Below, in pieces: positions 46,188-57,043 of a stretch of 61,062 nt of DNA. The number at the start of each line of letters is the position of its first letter. Position 1 is the stretch's first letter. This DNA comes from Bacillota bacterium. GTDB taxonomy: Bacteria; Bacillota; Clostridia; Lachnospirales; Anaerotignaceae. Both the position numbers and the translations under genes were made by a program. A model generated the notes under the pieces. The model did no database searches, had not been told where the DNA came from, and saw nothing but the letters and a program-made list of their open reading frames with translations. The stretch is taken from positions 1 to 61,062 of the forward strand of contig JAWXUZ010000001.1 of the NCBI GenBank assembly GCA_044425835.1, in the 5' to 3' direction.

Positions 46188-49076
46188 TTATGGATTGAGT
46201 GTTGTAAATAAATCAGGTGATTCCACATCTTGTTGTGAAGTCACTGTTTCGTCTTCCATACCAAAATATTCTCGCACAACGTCTTTGAATACTGTAGGGG
46301 CTAAAGCACTATTCCCATCGCCAAACGGAATCATAATACTAATTGCAATTTGTGGATCGTCGTACGGTGCAAACCCCACAAGCCACGTATGGGAACTACG
46401 CTCTAAATCTTCTTGTGCCGTCCCCGTTTTGACTGCCACGTCCATCGGAAACTCCCTGAAATGCGTTCGTAGCGTTCCTTGGCTTCCTTTTGCCACGTCA
46501 TACATACCTTGGTAAATCGCCTGCAAATACTCGTCTTGAAACTCCGTAATATTTTGGGTTTCTTCTTCGATTTCTTTGTACATCGTGCCGTCTGCATTTT
46601 TGATGGAGCTGACCATGTGCAATTTATAAAGCGTACCGCCATTGGCAAGCGTTGCAATATATTTTGCCATTTGTGACGGTGTATAACTGTTGACTGATTG
46701 CCCGATGGAGGCACGAATCGTATCACCGTCTGTCCACCTTATTTGGCTTTCTGTGGCATCTGGATTGTACAAACGAACGACTCTTTCTTTATAATATGGC
46801 GAGGCCATCGTCGGAATGTATTCTTCGAGTTCGACTCCCGATACATCATTAAGACCGAACGCCGCCATATATTCATTGAGTGTCGTAATGCCTTGCTCGG
46901 TGTTGCTACCTTCTTCATTGCTCATGCGGTACATCAGCTCGTACAAAAAGTAGTTGCAAGACACTTCCAACGCACTACACACATCGACAAGTCCATGATT
47001 GTGCGTGCCACCGGCGTAAATCCAACATCTTGCATGTGGTGTCCCTGCTTTTGTGAAAATACCCTCATCTTGAATTTGTGTATTCAAGTCAATCGTACCT
47101 GTTTCGAGTCCTGCCAAAAGTGGTATCATTTTGAATGTAGAGCCAGGTGCTTTTTTCTGTTTCAGTGGACGGTATACCAAAGGTGTATTTGTATCTTCTA
47201 GCAAATCATTGTAATACGTATTGTTGAACGTATTAACGAGTTCATTGTTATCATAGGACGGATACGACACACTCGCAAGCACTTCGCCTGAGTCGACTCT
47301 CGTCACAAATACAGACCCTGTCGATGGGTCAAGCCCCGTATCAGATGGACTCAACTCACCCGATTCCAACTTATTTAAAATGAGCGTCAAAACAGACATA
47401 CGTCCAGCAGACACATCGGCAAATTCAGCGTCAGTATATGCAATTGCACCATGTTCTCTTGCTAGTTGCAAACAGTCTCTCGTCACGAGTCCACCTGTTG
47501 CCAATTGGTCAAGCAAATACAGTTGTATTTCGTCGTAGGCATATTCTTCTTGGATATCCCAATCGGGGTTTGCCCTAAGAAACGAATCGAATATTCTTTT
47601 TTCAATGTCCGTTTCGCCCCTTGCCAATTTTTTAGCAGATATTTGATTCGACTCAATCATCGAAGCAAACAAATCTAAAATGGAAATGCTATCTTTGTCA
47701 TCAGAAATGAGTTGGGCAATGATGGCATCGGCAAGTGCTTTTTCCAAACTATCGAATGTGACTTGCTGCAATTTTGCATCTAGTGTCAGGAAAATATCTT
47801 TTCCAGCAATCGGATCGGTGGAATCGAGTGTACTCATCACTCGCCCACGGTTATCGACTTCAATTAGCACTGTACCATCCACACCATTGAGTTCGGTTTC
47901 GTAAATCCGCTCAAACCCTGCTTGCCCAACGATATCTGTTTGGCTATAGATGGGATTGCCATCGCTGTCGACATCTTCCATAAATACGTTGTAATCTTCT
48001 GCGGTCATTTGCCTGATATAGCCTATGATATGAGAAAAATATTTCCCCTCATTATATTCTCGCAAAGAGACCGTTGCAATTTCTAAATTTAGAAATAAAT
48101 CTTGATTTTCTTCTATATAAGCTAGTGTTTTGTCGTTGATTTCCGTTGCAATCGTCACCGATTGGTATTGTTGGTATCTCTGCATGTATACACTGTAGCG
48201 AATGCCCACCACATTTCTCACCCAATCGTTAGGCAAGCCCTCTGGCAAACCAAAAAAGCTACGCAAATATTCGAGTGTTTCCAAAGAATCGTACGCAAGT
48301 TGTTCCTCGTACATGGCAACACTTTCTTTAAATTCCGTCTCACGTCGCACATTAGAAAACTGGAAGTGATATGGATACGTTTTGTCCATCGCCAAAGTAT
48401 CAATCAGCGTTTCCTCAAACTCAATGAGCCGTTTCGATAAAATCAAAGAAACCAAATTCAAATCCGACAAATCCAAATAATATGAGACGTATGCACGTTT
48501 TTGCAAAGTAGAATACGACGCTGGAGCTTCTAAGAGTGTATAGAGTGCTTGCAATGTGTCATAGCCATCGGCATTATCAAATTCTTTGCCGAGACCTGCT
48601 TTTTCTTTCCAAGCAAGTTCCGCTTCTTTTTTTATTTTGTCGTCCTCGCCCTCGAATAAAAATACACCCGATTGGGAAATCGGCAAGGTATCGACAGGGG
48701 ATTGTCCTAGCAACCAAAGCTCGTCCATGACTTCTGTCACCAAGTCTTTTCTGTAATTTGTGAGATCGAGCGAAATGCTGTTGTTGAGTTGGACGGAGTA
48801 TGCCACGTTATTTGTCGCAAGTGGTCGTCCGTATCTATCGTAGATATTGCCACGAGGGGCAAGTTCTTTCACTGTTTTTGACACACTCGCCGTAATCGAT
48901 TCGCTGTATTCTTGTCCGTTTACAATTTGCAATTGGAATAATCTCGAAACGAGTACGACAAAAAGAATGCACACACACCCCATCAATACGAAAATGCGAT
49001 TTTTCCGCAACTCAATCAATTCTCTTAAAAATTCTTTTGATTGTATGACACTATCAAATTCTTTAAATTTTTTCAT
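46188..49076 (-). CDS. mrdA: Class B penicillin-binding protein (PBP2/MrdA-like, with large insertions)
   Basis: APRGNIYDR, SxxK (GSTFK), SCN, KTGTAQ; between mreD and minC. Confidence 0.88.
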   Translation of the reverse strand: MKKFKEFDSVIQSKEFLRELIELRKNRIFVLMGCVCILFVVLVSRLFQLQIVNGQEYSESITASVSKTVKELAPRGNIYDRYGRPLATNNVAYSVQLNNSISLDLTNYRKDLVTEVMDELWLLGQSPVDTLPISQSGVFLFEGEDDKIKKEAELAWKEKAGLGKEFDNADGYDTLQALYTLLEAPASYSTLQKRAYVSYYLDLSDLNLVSLILSKRLIEFEETLIDTLAMDKTYPYHFQFSNVRRETEFKESVAMYEEQLAYDSLETLEYLRSFFGLPEGLPNDWVRNVVGIRYSVYMQRYQQYQSVTIATEINDKTLAYIEENQDLFLNLEIATVSLREYNEGKYFSHIIGYIRQMTAEDYNVFMEDVDSDGNPIYSQTDIVGQAGFERIYETELNGVDGTVLIEVDNRGRVMSTLDSTDPIAGKDIFLTLDAKLQQVTFDSLEKALADAIIAQLISDDKDSISILDLFASMIESNQISAKKLARGETDIEKRIFDSFLRANPDWDIQEEYAYDEIQLYLLDQLATGGLVTRDCLQLAREHGAIAYTDAEFADVSAGRMSVLTLILNKLESGELSPSDTGLDPSTGSVFVTRVDSGEVLASVSYPSYDNNELVNTFNNTYYNDLLEDTNTPLVYRPLKQKKAPGSTFKMIPLLAGLETGTIDLNTQIQDEGIFTKAGTPHARCWIYAGGTHNHGLVDVCSALEVSCNYFLYELMYRMSNEEGSNTEQGITTLNEYMAAFGLNDVSGVELEEYIPTMASPYYKERVVRLYNPDATESQIRWTDGDTIRASIGQSVNSYTPSQMAKYIATLANGGTLYKLHMVSSIKNADGTMYKEIEEETQNITEFQDEYLQAIYQGMYDVAKGSQGTLRTHFREFPMDVAVKTGTAQEDLERSSHTWLVGFAPYDDPQIAISIMIPFGDGNSALAPTVFKDVVREYFGMEDETVTSQQDVESPDLFTTLNP

Positions 49077-49114
49077 AGACTTCTATCACCCCAATTGCTC
49101 ATCAAAAATACGAA

Positions 49115-49621
49115 TCACCGATATTTATATTTTGCCTTGGCATCATGATGTTCAGTAAACCCAAACATAATCCTATAAATCGGCAATGTCATCCACGCAG
49201 TGTATACTGTGATGGGCAACAATACGTTAAGTAACAAAAACAAAATATCAAACGTGCCTCGAAATAGCCACTCCACACAAAAAAAGTAAGCTTCATATAA
49301 TACACTTGCCATTACAGAAAAAAATACAGGCAAAAAGTAATTTTCTCTATAAAAATCTTTCTGCAAACGACCGAATATATACCCAAATAAAGTATATGGT
49401 ACAATATAAAATCCAAGTGTCATACCAAAGAATGTGTCAAATAAAAATCCAGTGAAAAATCCCATCATTGCCCCCTCAACGGAGCCACGCAGTAAGGCAT
49501 AACACACCACAAAAATCAGTGCCGTATTGGGGAAAATCCCTTGAATGGAAAGGTAGTGAAATAAAGTCGTTTGCAATATGAAATTGATACAAATGATCAG
49601 CACCATACCAAGCATTCGCAT
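49115..49621 (-). CDS. mreD: Rod shape-determining protein MreD
   Basis: Hydrophobic, LQ.T, PN..LI, GF..G...D; synteny. Confidence 0.9.
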   Translation of the reverse strand: MRMLGMVLIICINFILQTTLFHYLSIQGIFPNTALIFVVCYALLRGSVEGAMMGFFTGFLFDTFFGMTLGFYIVPYTLFGYIFGRLQKDFYRENYFLPVFFSVMASVLYEAYFFCVEWLFRGTFDILFLLLNVLLPITVYTAWMTLPIYRIMFGFTEHHDAKAKYKYR

Positions 49622-49635
49622 AGAAACCACCTACT

Positions 49636-50472
49636 TTAATTTTCTTCTTTGATGTCGATGATAGAAACCGTGTTCAAATGTTTGAAATCGACGTACGGCT
49701 TTATGATTGCATATTTTGTCAAGCCATTCGTATCGAGTTCGATTTCTGCAATCGTACCAATTGGCACACCCTCAGGATAAATTTCAGAAAGATGAGAAGT
49801 GACAATTTCATCACCCACGACAATTTGAGAATCAGGGTCGATATATTCCATTTTGCAAAGCCCTTTTTCCATCAACGCATAATCGCCTTTGACAATGCCC
49901 AAATCTTTCGTCCTCGCACTCATGGCTGAAACGGAGCTTCGGCTATCGATTATGGCTTGCCCCACGGAATGCGTCGTGCCACTTTCTGTAATTTTTCCGA
50001 CGAGACCACCCGCTCCAATCAAGACCATATCACCATGCACATCGTCTTCTGTGCCACAATCGAGTGTGAATGTGTAATACCAAATGTCTGGATTTTTCGC
50101 AATGACTCTCGCTCCAATTTGACTATATTCTGGATATTTTTCAGTAATACCAAGTATTTCTGAAAGCAAACTACTTTCTTCTTCATATTTTGAAAGTCTT
50201 TGGTTGTCGAGTTGTAATTTTTCAATTTCTAGTTTCAAAGCCTCATTTTCTGCCACAATGACTTCTCTGCTCCGATACGAATCGACCGTACTGATGAGCC
50301 AAGTTTCCACCCCTGTAATCAATTCTTGAAACGGTGTGACGACAAAACCAATGCCACTTTCAATCGCCGTGGCATTCATTGCACCTCTCCCAAAAAACAG
50401 CCCAAGTACAATGGAAATTCCTATGACGACACCGAAGATTTTTTTTCTGTTTTCTTCAAAAAAACGAATCAT
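49636..50472 (-). CDS. mreC: Rod shape-determining protein MreC
   Basis: TM + coiled coil, ARVI, GLVGKI, GD.IVTS...IYP.G.PIG. Confidence 0.93.
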   Translation of the reverse strand: MIRFFEENRKKIFGVVIGISIVLGLFFGRGAMNATAIESGIGFVVTPFQELITGVETWLISTVDSYRSREVIVAENEALKLEIEKLQLDNQRLSKYEEESSLLSEILGITEKYPEYSQIGARVIAKNPDIWYYTFTLDCGTEDDVHGDMVLIGAGGLVGKITESGTTHSVGQAIIDSRSSVSAMSARTKDLGIVKGDYALMEKGLCKMEYIDPDSQIVVGDEIVTSHLSEIYPEGVPIGTIAEIELDTNGLTKYAIIKPYVDFKHLNTVSIIDIKEEN

Positions 50473-50568
50473 GTCAGTCCCCCTATTTTTCATTTAATGA
50501 CTGCTGATCAATTCCCATATCGTTTCATGTAGGGTCATTCAGCAAGCACTACGTAACATAGGACTCTT

Positions 50569-51597
50569 TTAAAACATTGCCTTACGTGGGGAAATCAATA
50601 CCGATTTCAAAATATTAATTTGCTCCAACACAAGACCTGTACCAAGTACAACGCAATTGAGCGGTTCATTTGCAATATTGACAGGCATACCTGTTTCATG
50701 GTTGATCAACTCATCGAGTCCACGAAGCAACGCTCCGCCACCAGTCAAAGTAATGCCACACTCCATAATGTCCGCTGCAAGCTCTGGCGGTGTTGCCTCG
50801 AGCGTGCCTTTGATCGATTGGATGATCGAATTGATTGGCTCACCCAACGCTTCACGGATATGAATGGAAGTGATTTCTATTGTTTTTGGCAAACCGCTGA
50901 CCAAATCTCGTCCACGGATTTCCATTTTTTCTTCTGTCGGCAAAGAAAATGCCGATCCAATTGTGATTTTGATTTCCTCCGCTGTACGGTCGCCAATTGC
51001 CAAGTTAAATTCTCTTTTGATGAACGATACGATTGCCGTATCTAAGGCATCGCCTGCCACTCGCAAAGAAGTACTTGCAACGATTCCGCCCAAGGAAATG
51101 ACAGCCACTTCACTCGTACCACCACCGATATCTACAATCATACTACCTGTTGGGTCAGCCACAGGAAGCCCTGCCCCAATGGAAGCCGCCATCGGTTCTT
51201 CAATCAAATACGTATCTTTGACTCTCGAGCCTGCTGCAATTGCCGCTTCGAGTACAGCTCTTTTTTCGACTTCAGTGACACCCGATGGCACACAAATGAC
51301 AATGCGTGGTCTCGGACTGAAAATCGAACGCATGTAAGCCTTATTAATGAAATATCGCAACATCGCTTGTGTCACGTCGAAATCGGCAATGACACCGTCT
51401 TTCATTGGACGAATGGCAACGATACTCCCCGGTGTTCTACCGATCATTTCTTTTGCTTCATTCCCTACAGAAAGGACTTCTTTCGTCTGCGTGTTGATTG
51501 CCACAACCGATGGCTCGTTGACGACAATTCCCTTTTCTTTCATGTATACTAGTGTGTTTGCCGTACCCAAATCAATCCCCATATCTTTTACAAACAT
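50569..51597 (-). CDS. mreB: Actin-like rod shape protein
   Basis: [42 protein letters not shown]. Confidence 0.97.
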   Translation of the reverse strand: MFVKDMGIDLGTANTLVYMKEKGIVVNEPSVVAINTQTKEVLSVGNEAKEMIGRTPGSIVAIRPMKDGVIADFDVTQAMLRYFINKAYMRSIFSPRPRIVICVPSGVTEVEKRAVLEAAIAAGSRVKDTYLIEEPMAASIGAGLPVADPTGSMIVDIGGGTSEVAVISLGGIVASTSLRVAGDALDTAIVSFIKREFNLAIGDRTAEEIKITIGSAFSLPTEEKMEIRGRDLVSGLPKTIEITSIHIREALGEPINSIIQSIKGTLEATPPELAADIMECGITLTGGGALLRGLDELINHETGMPVNIANEPLNCVVLGTGLVLEQINILKSVLISPRKAMF

Positions 51598-51652
51598 AGT
51601 GCTACCCCCTCAAATCTCATAACTGTTATTTTTCTATAAATTTATTTTTCGA

Positions 51653-51913
51653 TTAAAATTTTCTATATAATATAAAAGCAATTAAAATGCCGATGATTCC
51701 GCCAATACTAAATCGTATGGTCAGACCAAATTGCAATGCCAAGACACCCAAATCGAGTACCAAGGGTTCAATGAAACCAAACGTTTGTCCATAGCCAAGC
51801 CATGAAAAATACGGTAATTTCCCTAACAACTCCCCGAGGAATCCCCCAATGACAACCCCTGCCAACATCAGCAACAACAATACCCAATTGCTTTTTCCAT
51901 TATGACTTAACAT
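51653..51913 (-). CDS. DUF4321 membrane protein
   Basis: G.VIGGFLGE, WL.YG..FG, LDLGV....FG; usual position upstream of the mre cluster. Confidence 0.85.
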   Translation of the reverse strand: MLSHNGKSNWVLLLLMLAGVVIGGFLGELLGKLPYFSWLGYGQTFGFIEPLVLDLGVLALQFGLTIRFSIGGIIGILIAFILYRKF

Positions 51914-51940
51914 AAAACTCCCCCTAAAAACTTGATTCTT

Positions 51941-52101
51941 TCTTACTACTTACTACTGACCACTTACTACTGACCACTTACTACTGACTACTGACTACTG
52001 ACTACTGACTACTGACCACTGTCTACTGACCACTGTCTACTGACCACTGACTACTGACCACTGTCTACTGTCCACTGTCTACTGTCTACTGACCACTGAC
52101 T
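51941..52101. repeat. Heptamer tandem array (23 units; ACTGACT/ACTGACC/ACTGTCT/ACTTACT)
   Basis: 161 bp = 23 x 7 in unbroken phase. Confidence 0.95.
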
Positions 52102-52363
52102 TATCTTTATACGAAAGTATACCCGAAGTTTTACAAGAATACTCTTATTTTTCCAATGGCAAATGAAATACTTCCGTCTAAAAAATGCAATTATATGTAA
52201 GTATACCACAAAATTTGTAAGTAGAAAAGTAAAAATCTCCTAAATATATGTTTTTTTGCTTTTTAGAACCATTTTTATTTGTGGTATTGCTTTTTATTAT
52301 AAAATCAAGTATACTATAATTGAAAAGCAACACTAAATATAAAAGAACCCTTAGGAGGAATTT

Positions 52364-53029
52364 ATGAAACCAATACATAAAAGAGATACTATTATATTTG
52401 ATATGGACGGCACACTCGTCGACAGTGCAGAATTCATCATCAAATGTACCAAAGAAATGTTAGAAAAAATGGAGTTGCCACCGTGTGAAATCGAAGATCT
52501 CCACTTCATCGTAGGCCCACCACTTTCGCATACGTTTGTCAATTCGTTCAACATCCCGGAAGCACGTCTTGATGAAGCCCTTAACATTTATAGAGAATTG
52601 TATGAAGCAAGAGAAAAAACACCTGAATTTCTATTTTCAAGCATCGATCAAATGCTTTCTTTTTTGAAAAGTGCTGGAAAAACGCTTGCCGTTGCGACTT
52701 CTAAAAAAGAAACCTCTGCAAGACACGATTTGAAACAATTAGGCATTGATACTTATTTTGATTTCGTTGCAGGGCTTGACGAAGAAGTCGGTCGCAATTC
52801 CAAAGCGAAAGTCATTTTGCACGCAATGGAGCAATTAGGCACTGACCCTGAAGATGCTGTCATGGTGGGCGATCGTCATTTTGATGTCGATGGTGCTACA
52901 GAAGCTGGCATTCCTTGTATCGGTGTGTTGTATGGCTATGGCGACCGTGATGAATTGCTTGCTGCCAAAGCCAAAGTCATATTGAAAAAACCAAAAGATG
53001 TCGTTGCGTACTTCTTAAATTCAAAATAA
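52364..53029 (+). CDS. HAD-superfamily phosphatase (PGPase/nucleotidase-like)
   Basis: FDMDGTLVDS, VATSK, MVGDR..D..GA. Confidence 0.92.
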   Translation: MKPIHKRDTIIFDMDGTLVDSAEFIIKCTKEMLEKMELPPCEIEDLHFIVGPPLSHTFVNSFNIPEARLDEALNIYRELYEAREKTPEFLFSSIDQMLSFLKSAGKTLAVATSKKETSARHDLKQLGIDTYFDFVAGLDEEVGRNSKAKVILHAMEQLGTDPEDAVMVGDRHFDVDGATEAGIPCIGVLYGYGDRDELLAAKAKVILKKPKDVVAYFLNSK

Positions 53030-53030
53030 T

Positions 53031-53200
53031 ATTGAGATACCAACTAAATATTGCCAAAATTATCGTTTTATCGAGAGCGGGCGACCACAGGTCGCCCCTA
53101 CAAAAACCTGAAATATCAATGTATAGGGGCGTATCTTTGGTCGCTCGCTTACAGATTCTCCACTTTATTTTAGGAAACATTTAATTGGAGGAGCAACATC
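53031..53200. repeat. Full REP A doublet unit (reverse orientation)
   Basis: Reverse complement of the 41794-41950 unit, plus GGAGCAACATC tail shared with 17561-17581. Confidence 0.9.
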
Positions 53201-53204
53201 ATTT

Positions 53205-53879
53205 ATGAATGCGATACGTCCTGCAAAAAAAATTATATTCGGGCTGATTTTCGCCACTTTTTGTATGGCAATTGTCGATGGTGTATGGCAGTTGCCCTAT
53301 CTCGAAAAGTCAATTTCAAAGGCAATACTTTTTACAGTACTGCCTTTTTGTTGTGTAGAAAATAAAAAAACCTTCTTCTCGAAACTTCTAAAATTTGAAA
53401 AGAAAGGTTTTTTTGTTGGCATTTTTCTTGGTGTACTGCTTGGTGGATTTCTATTTTTTGGATATTTGTTGCTGAAAAATTTTTTAGATTTTTCAAATAT
53501 CGTGCCATCTCTTGAACGTACACTCGGTGTCACGAAAGAAAATTTCCTTTTTGTCTCCATGTATATTGCAATATGCAATTCCTTTTTGGAAGAATTTTTC
53601 TTCCGTGGGTTTGGGTTTTTGGAACTCAAACGACATACTTCCGTGCGGTGTTCTGCCACACTCAGTGCCTTATTATTTGCCTTATACCATGTGGCAATGA
53701 TTGTCGGTTGGGTACCATTTCCTTTGGTGTGCCTTGCCATTTTCGGGCTTTTTTGCGGTGGATTGATTTTCAATTATTTGAATTACCGCTACGAAAGTCT
53801 CTATCCCTCATGGTTTGTGCATCTATTTTGCAATGTTGGAATCAATTCCGTTGGGCTGGTTTTGATGACGACTACCTAA
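53205..53879 (+). CDS. CPBP (Abi/CAAX) intramembrane metalloprotease
   Basis: EEFFFRG, FALYH, H...N motifs. Confidence 0.9.
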   Translation: MNAIRPAKKIIFGLIFATFCMAIVDGVWQLPYLEKSISKAILFTVLPFCCVENKKTFFSKLLKFEKKGFFVGIFLGVLLGGFLFFGYLLLKNFLDFSNIVPSLERTLGVTKENFLFVSMYIAICNSFLEEFFFRGFGFLELKRHTSVRCSATLSALLFALYHVAMIVGWVPFPLVCLAIFGLFCGGLIFNYLNYRYESLYPSWFVHLFCNVGINSVGLVLMTTT

Positions 53880-53881
53880 TG

Positions 53882-54121
53882 TCAAAATTCATTGCCCATC
53901 ATCAATGCCATATCCATCGCTTCACATACCATCTGGTACGTATCTTCTACGTCCTCGAGTGCTTGCAAAGTTTCTTCGTCATTTTCAAATGTCATGAGCA
54001 ACGCACCTTCGATATTGTAGAAATCTAGTTGCCAATCCTCTGTTTCCGTCAGCATTTGGTGGAGATAGTGGCAAGCATCGCCTAAGCCTGATATTTCATG
54101 TGATTTGTGTACCATGTTCAT
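53882..54121 (-). CDS. Small acidic hypothetical protein
   Basis: 79-aa ORF, GAGG RBS nearby; no family recognised. Confidence 0.55.
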   Translation of the reverse strand: MNMVHKSHEISGLGDACHYLHQMLTETEDWQLDFYNIEGALLMTFENDEETLQALEDVEDTYQMVCEAMDMALMMGNEF

Positions 54122-54157
54122 TTCCTCGCTTTCTTTCTTTTTTTATTTATTTAAAGA

Positions 54158-54394
54158 AAAGACCTTGGGGCTTTGCCCCAAACCCCACCAGCTTTTAAAA
54201 AAGCCGGCTCAAAACTTTATTTTTCTGAACCCAATGTACTAAAAAATTTATGAAAACAAACATTTCAATATTTTTTTGTTGAAGTACTGAATAGTTACCA
54301 AAATTTTATAGACACTAAGGTCAGAGCAAAATAAAGTTTTGGTCAAACTTTTTCAAAAGTTTGCAGAGTTTGAGACAGAGTCTCAAGGTCTTTT
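54158..54394. repeat. Inverted pair of family B copies with a solo CTGAATAGTTAC end between them
   Basis: 54158-54218 (+, GGGG), 54287-54298, 54333-54394 (-, GAGA). Confidence 0.88.
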
Positions 54395-54445
54395 CTTTTT
54401 CAAACAACAATATTGAATCAGTACCTCAATAATACTGATTTTCAC

Positions 54446-56398
54446 TTACACTTCCTCCATCAACTCTTCCACTTCCGCAAGCCAAACTCGACTCGACGCA
54501 TCTGTTGGCATTCGCCAATCACTCCTTGGCGAGAGACACAACGCCCCGATTTTTGGCCCATCAGGCAAGCAAGACCGCTTGAACTGGTGAATGAAAAACC
54601 GCTTATAAAAATTATGCAACCACTTCAGCAAAACTGCTCTTGTATACTTTTCTGCAAACGCTTGCTCCGCTAGAAACAATACTTTTCTTGGCGAAAATCC
54701 AAAACGCAGTATCTGATACAAGAAAAAGTCATGCAACTCATATGGCCCCACGAGATCCTCTGTCTTTTGGTCGATATTGCCTGTCTCATCGGGTGGCAAT
54801 AACTCAGGGCTGACTGGTGTATCGAGTACATCGAGCAGTATGCGCGACGCTTCCGCTCCCAATTCGCCTGTCCCTGCAATGTGATTGACGAGTACCCGCA
54901 CCAACGTTTTGGGTACACCGGCATTGACTCCATACATCGACATATGATCGCCGTTGTACGTCGCAAAACCGAGTGCCAACTCCGACAAATCACCAGTCCC
55001 AACGACCATACCTTGTTGTTGGTTGGCAATGTTCATGAGAATTTGTGTCCGCTCACGGGCTTGTGAATTTTCGTATGTGACATCACGAATCGTTTCGTCG
55101 TGACCGATGTCCTGAAAATGTTGGCGGACAGCCGGTGCAATCGAAATTTCTCTCGTGGAAATCCCCAACAACTCCATAAGCTTGACTGCATTTTGGTACG
55201 TTCTATCGGAGGTGCCAAACCCCGGCATCGTAATCCCTAAGACTGTTTCCATTGGCAACTCTAAATATTGACACGCTTTGACTGCCACAAGCAAGGCAAG
55301 TGTCGAATCGAGTCCGCCTGAAATCCCAATGACCATAGATTTTCCATAAATATGTTGAAATCTCCTTGCCAGTGCAATCGATTGTATCGATAAAATATGC
55401 TCACAACGGTCGTGCAAATCTTTGTCATTTTTCGGTGTGAAGGGGTGGGGCGGTATTGTCCTGTGAAATTTCTCGATGGACTCTTTTTGCTTGAATACAA
55501 ACTCAATTTTACGACATTTCATGTCTTTGTCTGATGGACGTTGCATATACGTGGTCTGTTTTTTGCGTTCGCTATACAACATTTCTACGTCAATGTGTAC
55601 GACTTTCAAATCACTTTCTTTCTCAAAAGGCAGAATTTCTGCAAGCAAAGCCCCATTTTCATAAATCAAGCTATGTCCACTAAATATCGTGTCTTGTGTC
55701 GATTCCCCAATCCCAGCCGAAGCGTACGCATACGCTGAAAGTGTGCGTGAGGATTGTTGAGAAATCAAGTTGTGACGGTATTCAGGCTTCGCTACGAGTT
55801 CATTGCTCGCCGATCCATTGAGTAAGATTGTCGCCCCTTGTTGGGCAAGATGAGAACTCGGCGGAATCGGTGACCACAAATCTTCGCAGACCTCAATCCC
55901 AATTTTCAGATACGGATTGTTCTTTTCACAAAATAGCAAATCGGTACCAATCGGCACTGTTTGTCCACAGTAAGTTACCGTATCGGAACGCAAATCGAGT
56001 GATGATGCAAACCAACGTTCCTCATAAAATTCATTGTAATTTGGCAAATACGTCTTCGGCACAAGCCCCAAAATCGTACCTTTGTGCAGTACCGCCATGC
56101 AGTTGAAGGTTTGGTTATCGACTGCAACGGGAAGCCCTATGGCAATCACCATATCAATCAATTCCGTTGCCAACAACAATTCTTTGCAAGCCATCTCACA
56201 TGCCACAAGCAGTGGTGTCTGGAAAAACAAATCTCCGCAAGTATACGCTGTCAAAGACAATTCTGGTAGGACGAGTACTTTTACTTTTTTGTCTTGTGCT
56301 TTCTTGACGAGCTTTAATATCTCTGCTCCGTTTTCTTTGCAATTTGCAATTTGGACTGATGGGACACCGACTGCAACTGCAACATAGTTGAATGGCAT
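54446..56398 (-). CDS. nadE: Glutamine-dependent NAD+ synthetase
   Basis: Nitrilase domain PEL..K..EVCED; GISGGLDS, EN.QARER, TGDLSE; start 56398 or 56407. Confidence 0.96.
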   Translation of the reverse strand: MPFNYVAVAVGVPSVQIANCKENGAEILKLVKKAQDKKVKVLVLPELSLTAYTCGDLFFQTPLLVACEMACKELLLATELIDMVIAIGLPVAVDNQTFNCMAVLHKGTILGLVPKTYLPNYNEFYEERWFASSLDLRSDTVTYCGQTVPIGTDLLFCEKNNPYLKIGIEVCEDLWSPIPPSSHLAQQGATILLNGSASNELVAKPEYRHNLISQQSSRTLSAYAYASAGIGESTQDTIFSGHSLIYENGALLAEILPFEKESDLKVVHIDVEMLYSERKKQTTYMQRPSDKDMKCRKIEFVFKQKESIEKFHRTIPPHPFTPKNDKDLHDRCEHILSIQSIALARRFQHIYGKSMVIGISGGLDSTLALLVAVKACQYLELPMETVLGITMPGFGTSDRTYQNAVKLMELLGISTREISIAPAVRQHFQDIGHDETIRDVTYENSQARERTQILMNIANQQQGMVVGTGDLSELALGFATYNGDHMSMYGVNAGVPKTLVRVLVNHIAGTGELGAEASRILLDVLDTPVSPELLPPDETGNIDQKTEDLVGPYELHDFFLYQILRFGFSPRKVLFLAEQAFAEKYTRAVLLKWLHNFYKRFFIHQFKRSCLPDGPKIGALCLSPRSDWRMPTDASSRVWLAEVEELMEEV

Positions 56399-56412
56399 TT
56401 CTCTCACGCTCC

Positions 56413-57024
56413 TTAAAATTTTCGATAAAGTCCAATGACTTTACCGATTATACTGACATCTCTTGTGATGATGGGTAACATCGTTGGATTTTCTGGTTGC
56501 AAACGAATGGCAGAATCTTCACGGTAAAACGTTTTGACTGTCGCAAAGCCGTCGACGTATGCCGCCACAATATCACCATTATTCGCCGAGGGTTGTTGAC
56601 GAACCAAGACCAAATCCCGATCGTAAATGCCAACCCCAATCATGCTATCGCCTTTGATTCGCAACATAAACACCGTATCATTTTTGACATATTCAATCGG
56701 TATTGGAAATACATCTTCGATGGATTCCACAGCAAAGAGTGGTTCGCCTGCCGCTATCGTTCCAAGAATTGGCACTTTCACAAATTCACACGTGAATTCT
56801 TCTGCGACGTCTTCTTCTATGATTTCTATGGCACGTGGTTTCGTTTTGTCTTTGCGGATATAGCCTTTTTTTTCTAATTGGTTCAAATACGAATACGCAG
56901 TAGATGTCGATTTGATATGCACCGCCTCGCAAATCTCACGAATCGAGGGCGGATATCCTTTTTTGCGGACTTCGTTTTTGATGAAATTGAGTACTTGCCT
57001 TTGTTTTTCTGTTAGCTCTTTCAT
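56413..57024 (-). CDS. lexA: LexA repressor
   Basis: GYPPSIREI, PRAI, IAAGEP cleavage site, GDSM Ser, ATVK Lys, LQPEN. Confidence 0.94.
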   Translation of the reverse strand: MKELTEKQRQVLNFIKNEVRKKGYPPSIREICEAVHIKSTSTAYSYLNQLEKKGYIRKDKTKPRAIEIIEEDVAEEFTCEFVKVPILGTIAAGEPLFAVESIEDVFPIPIEYVKNDTVFMLRIKGDSMIGVGIYDRDLVLVRQQPSANNGDIVAAYVDGFATVKTFYREDSAIRLQPENPTMLPIITRDVSIIGKVIGLYRKF

Positions 57025-57043
57025 AATCTGACCCCTTTTCTAC

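Noticed and set aside
46188-49076. Intein or frameshift in the unusually long PBP
   Set aside because: No intein splice-junction or LAGLIDADG motifs seen; the frame is continuous and long class B PBPs occur in this group.
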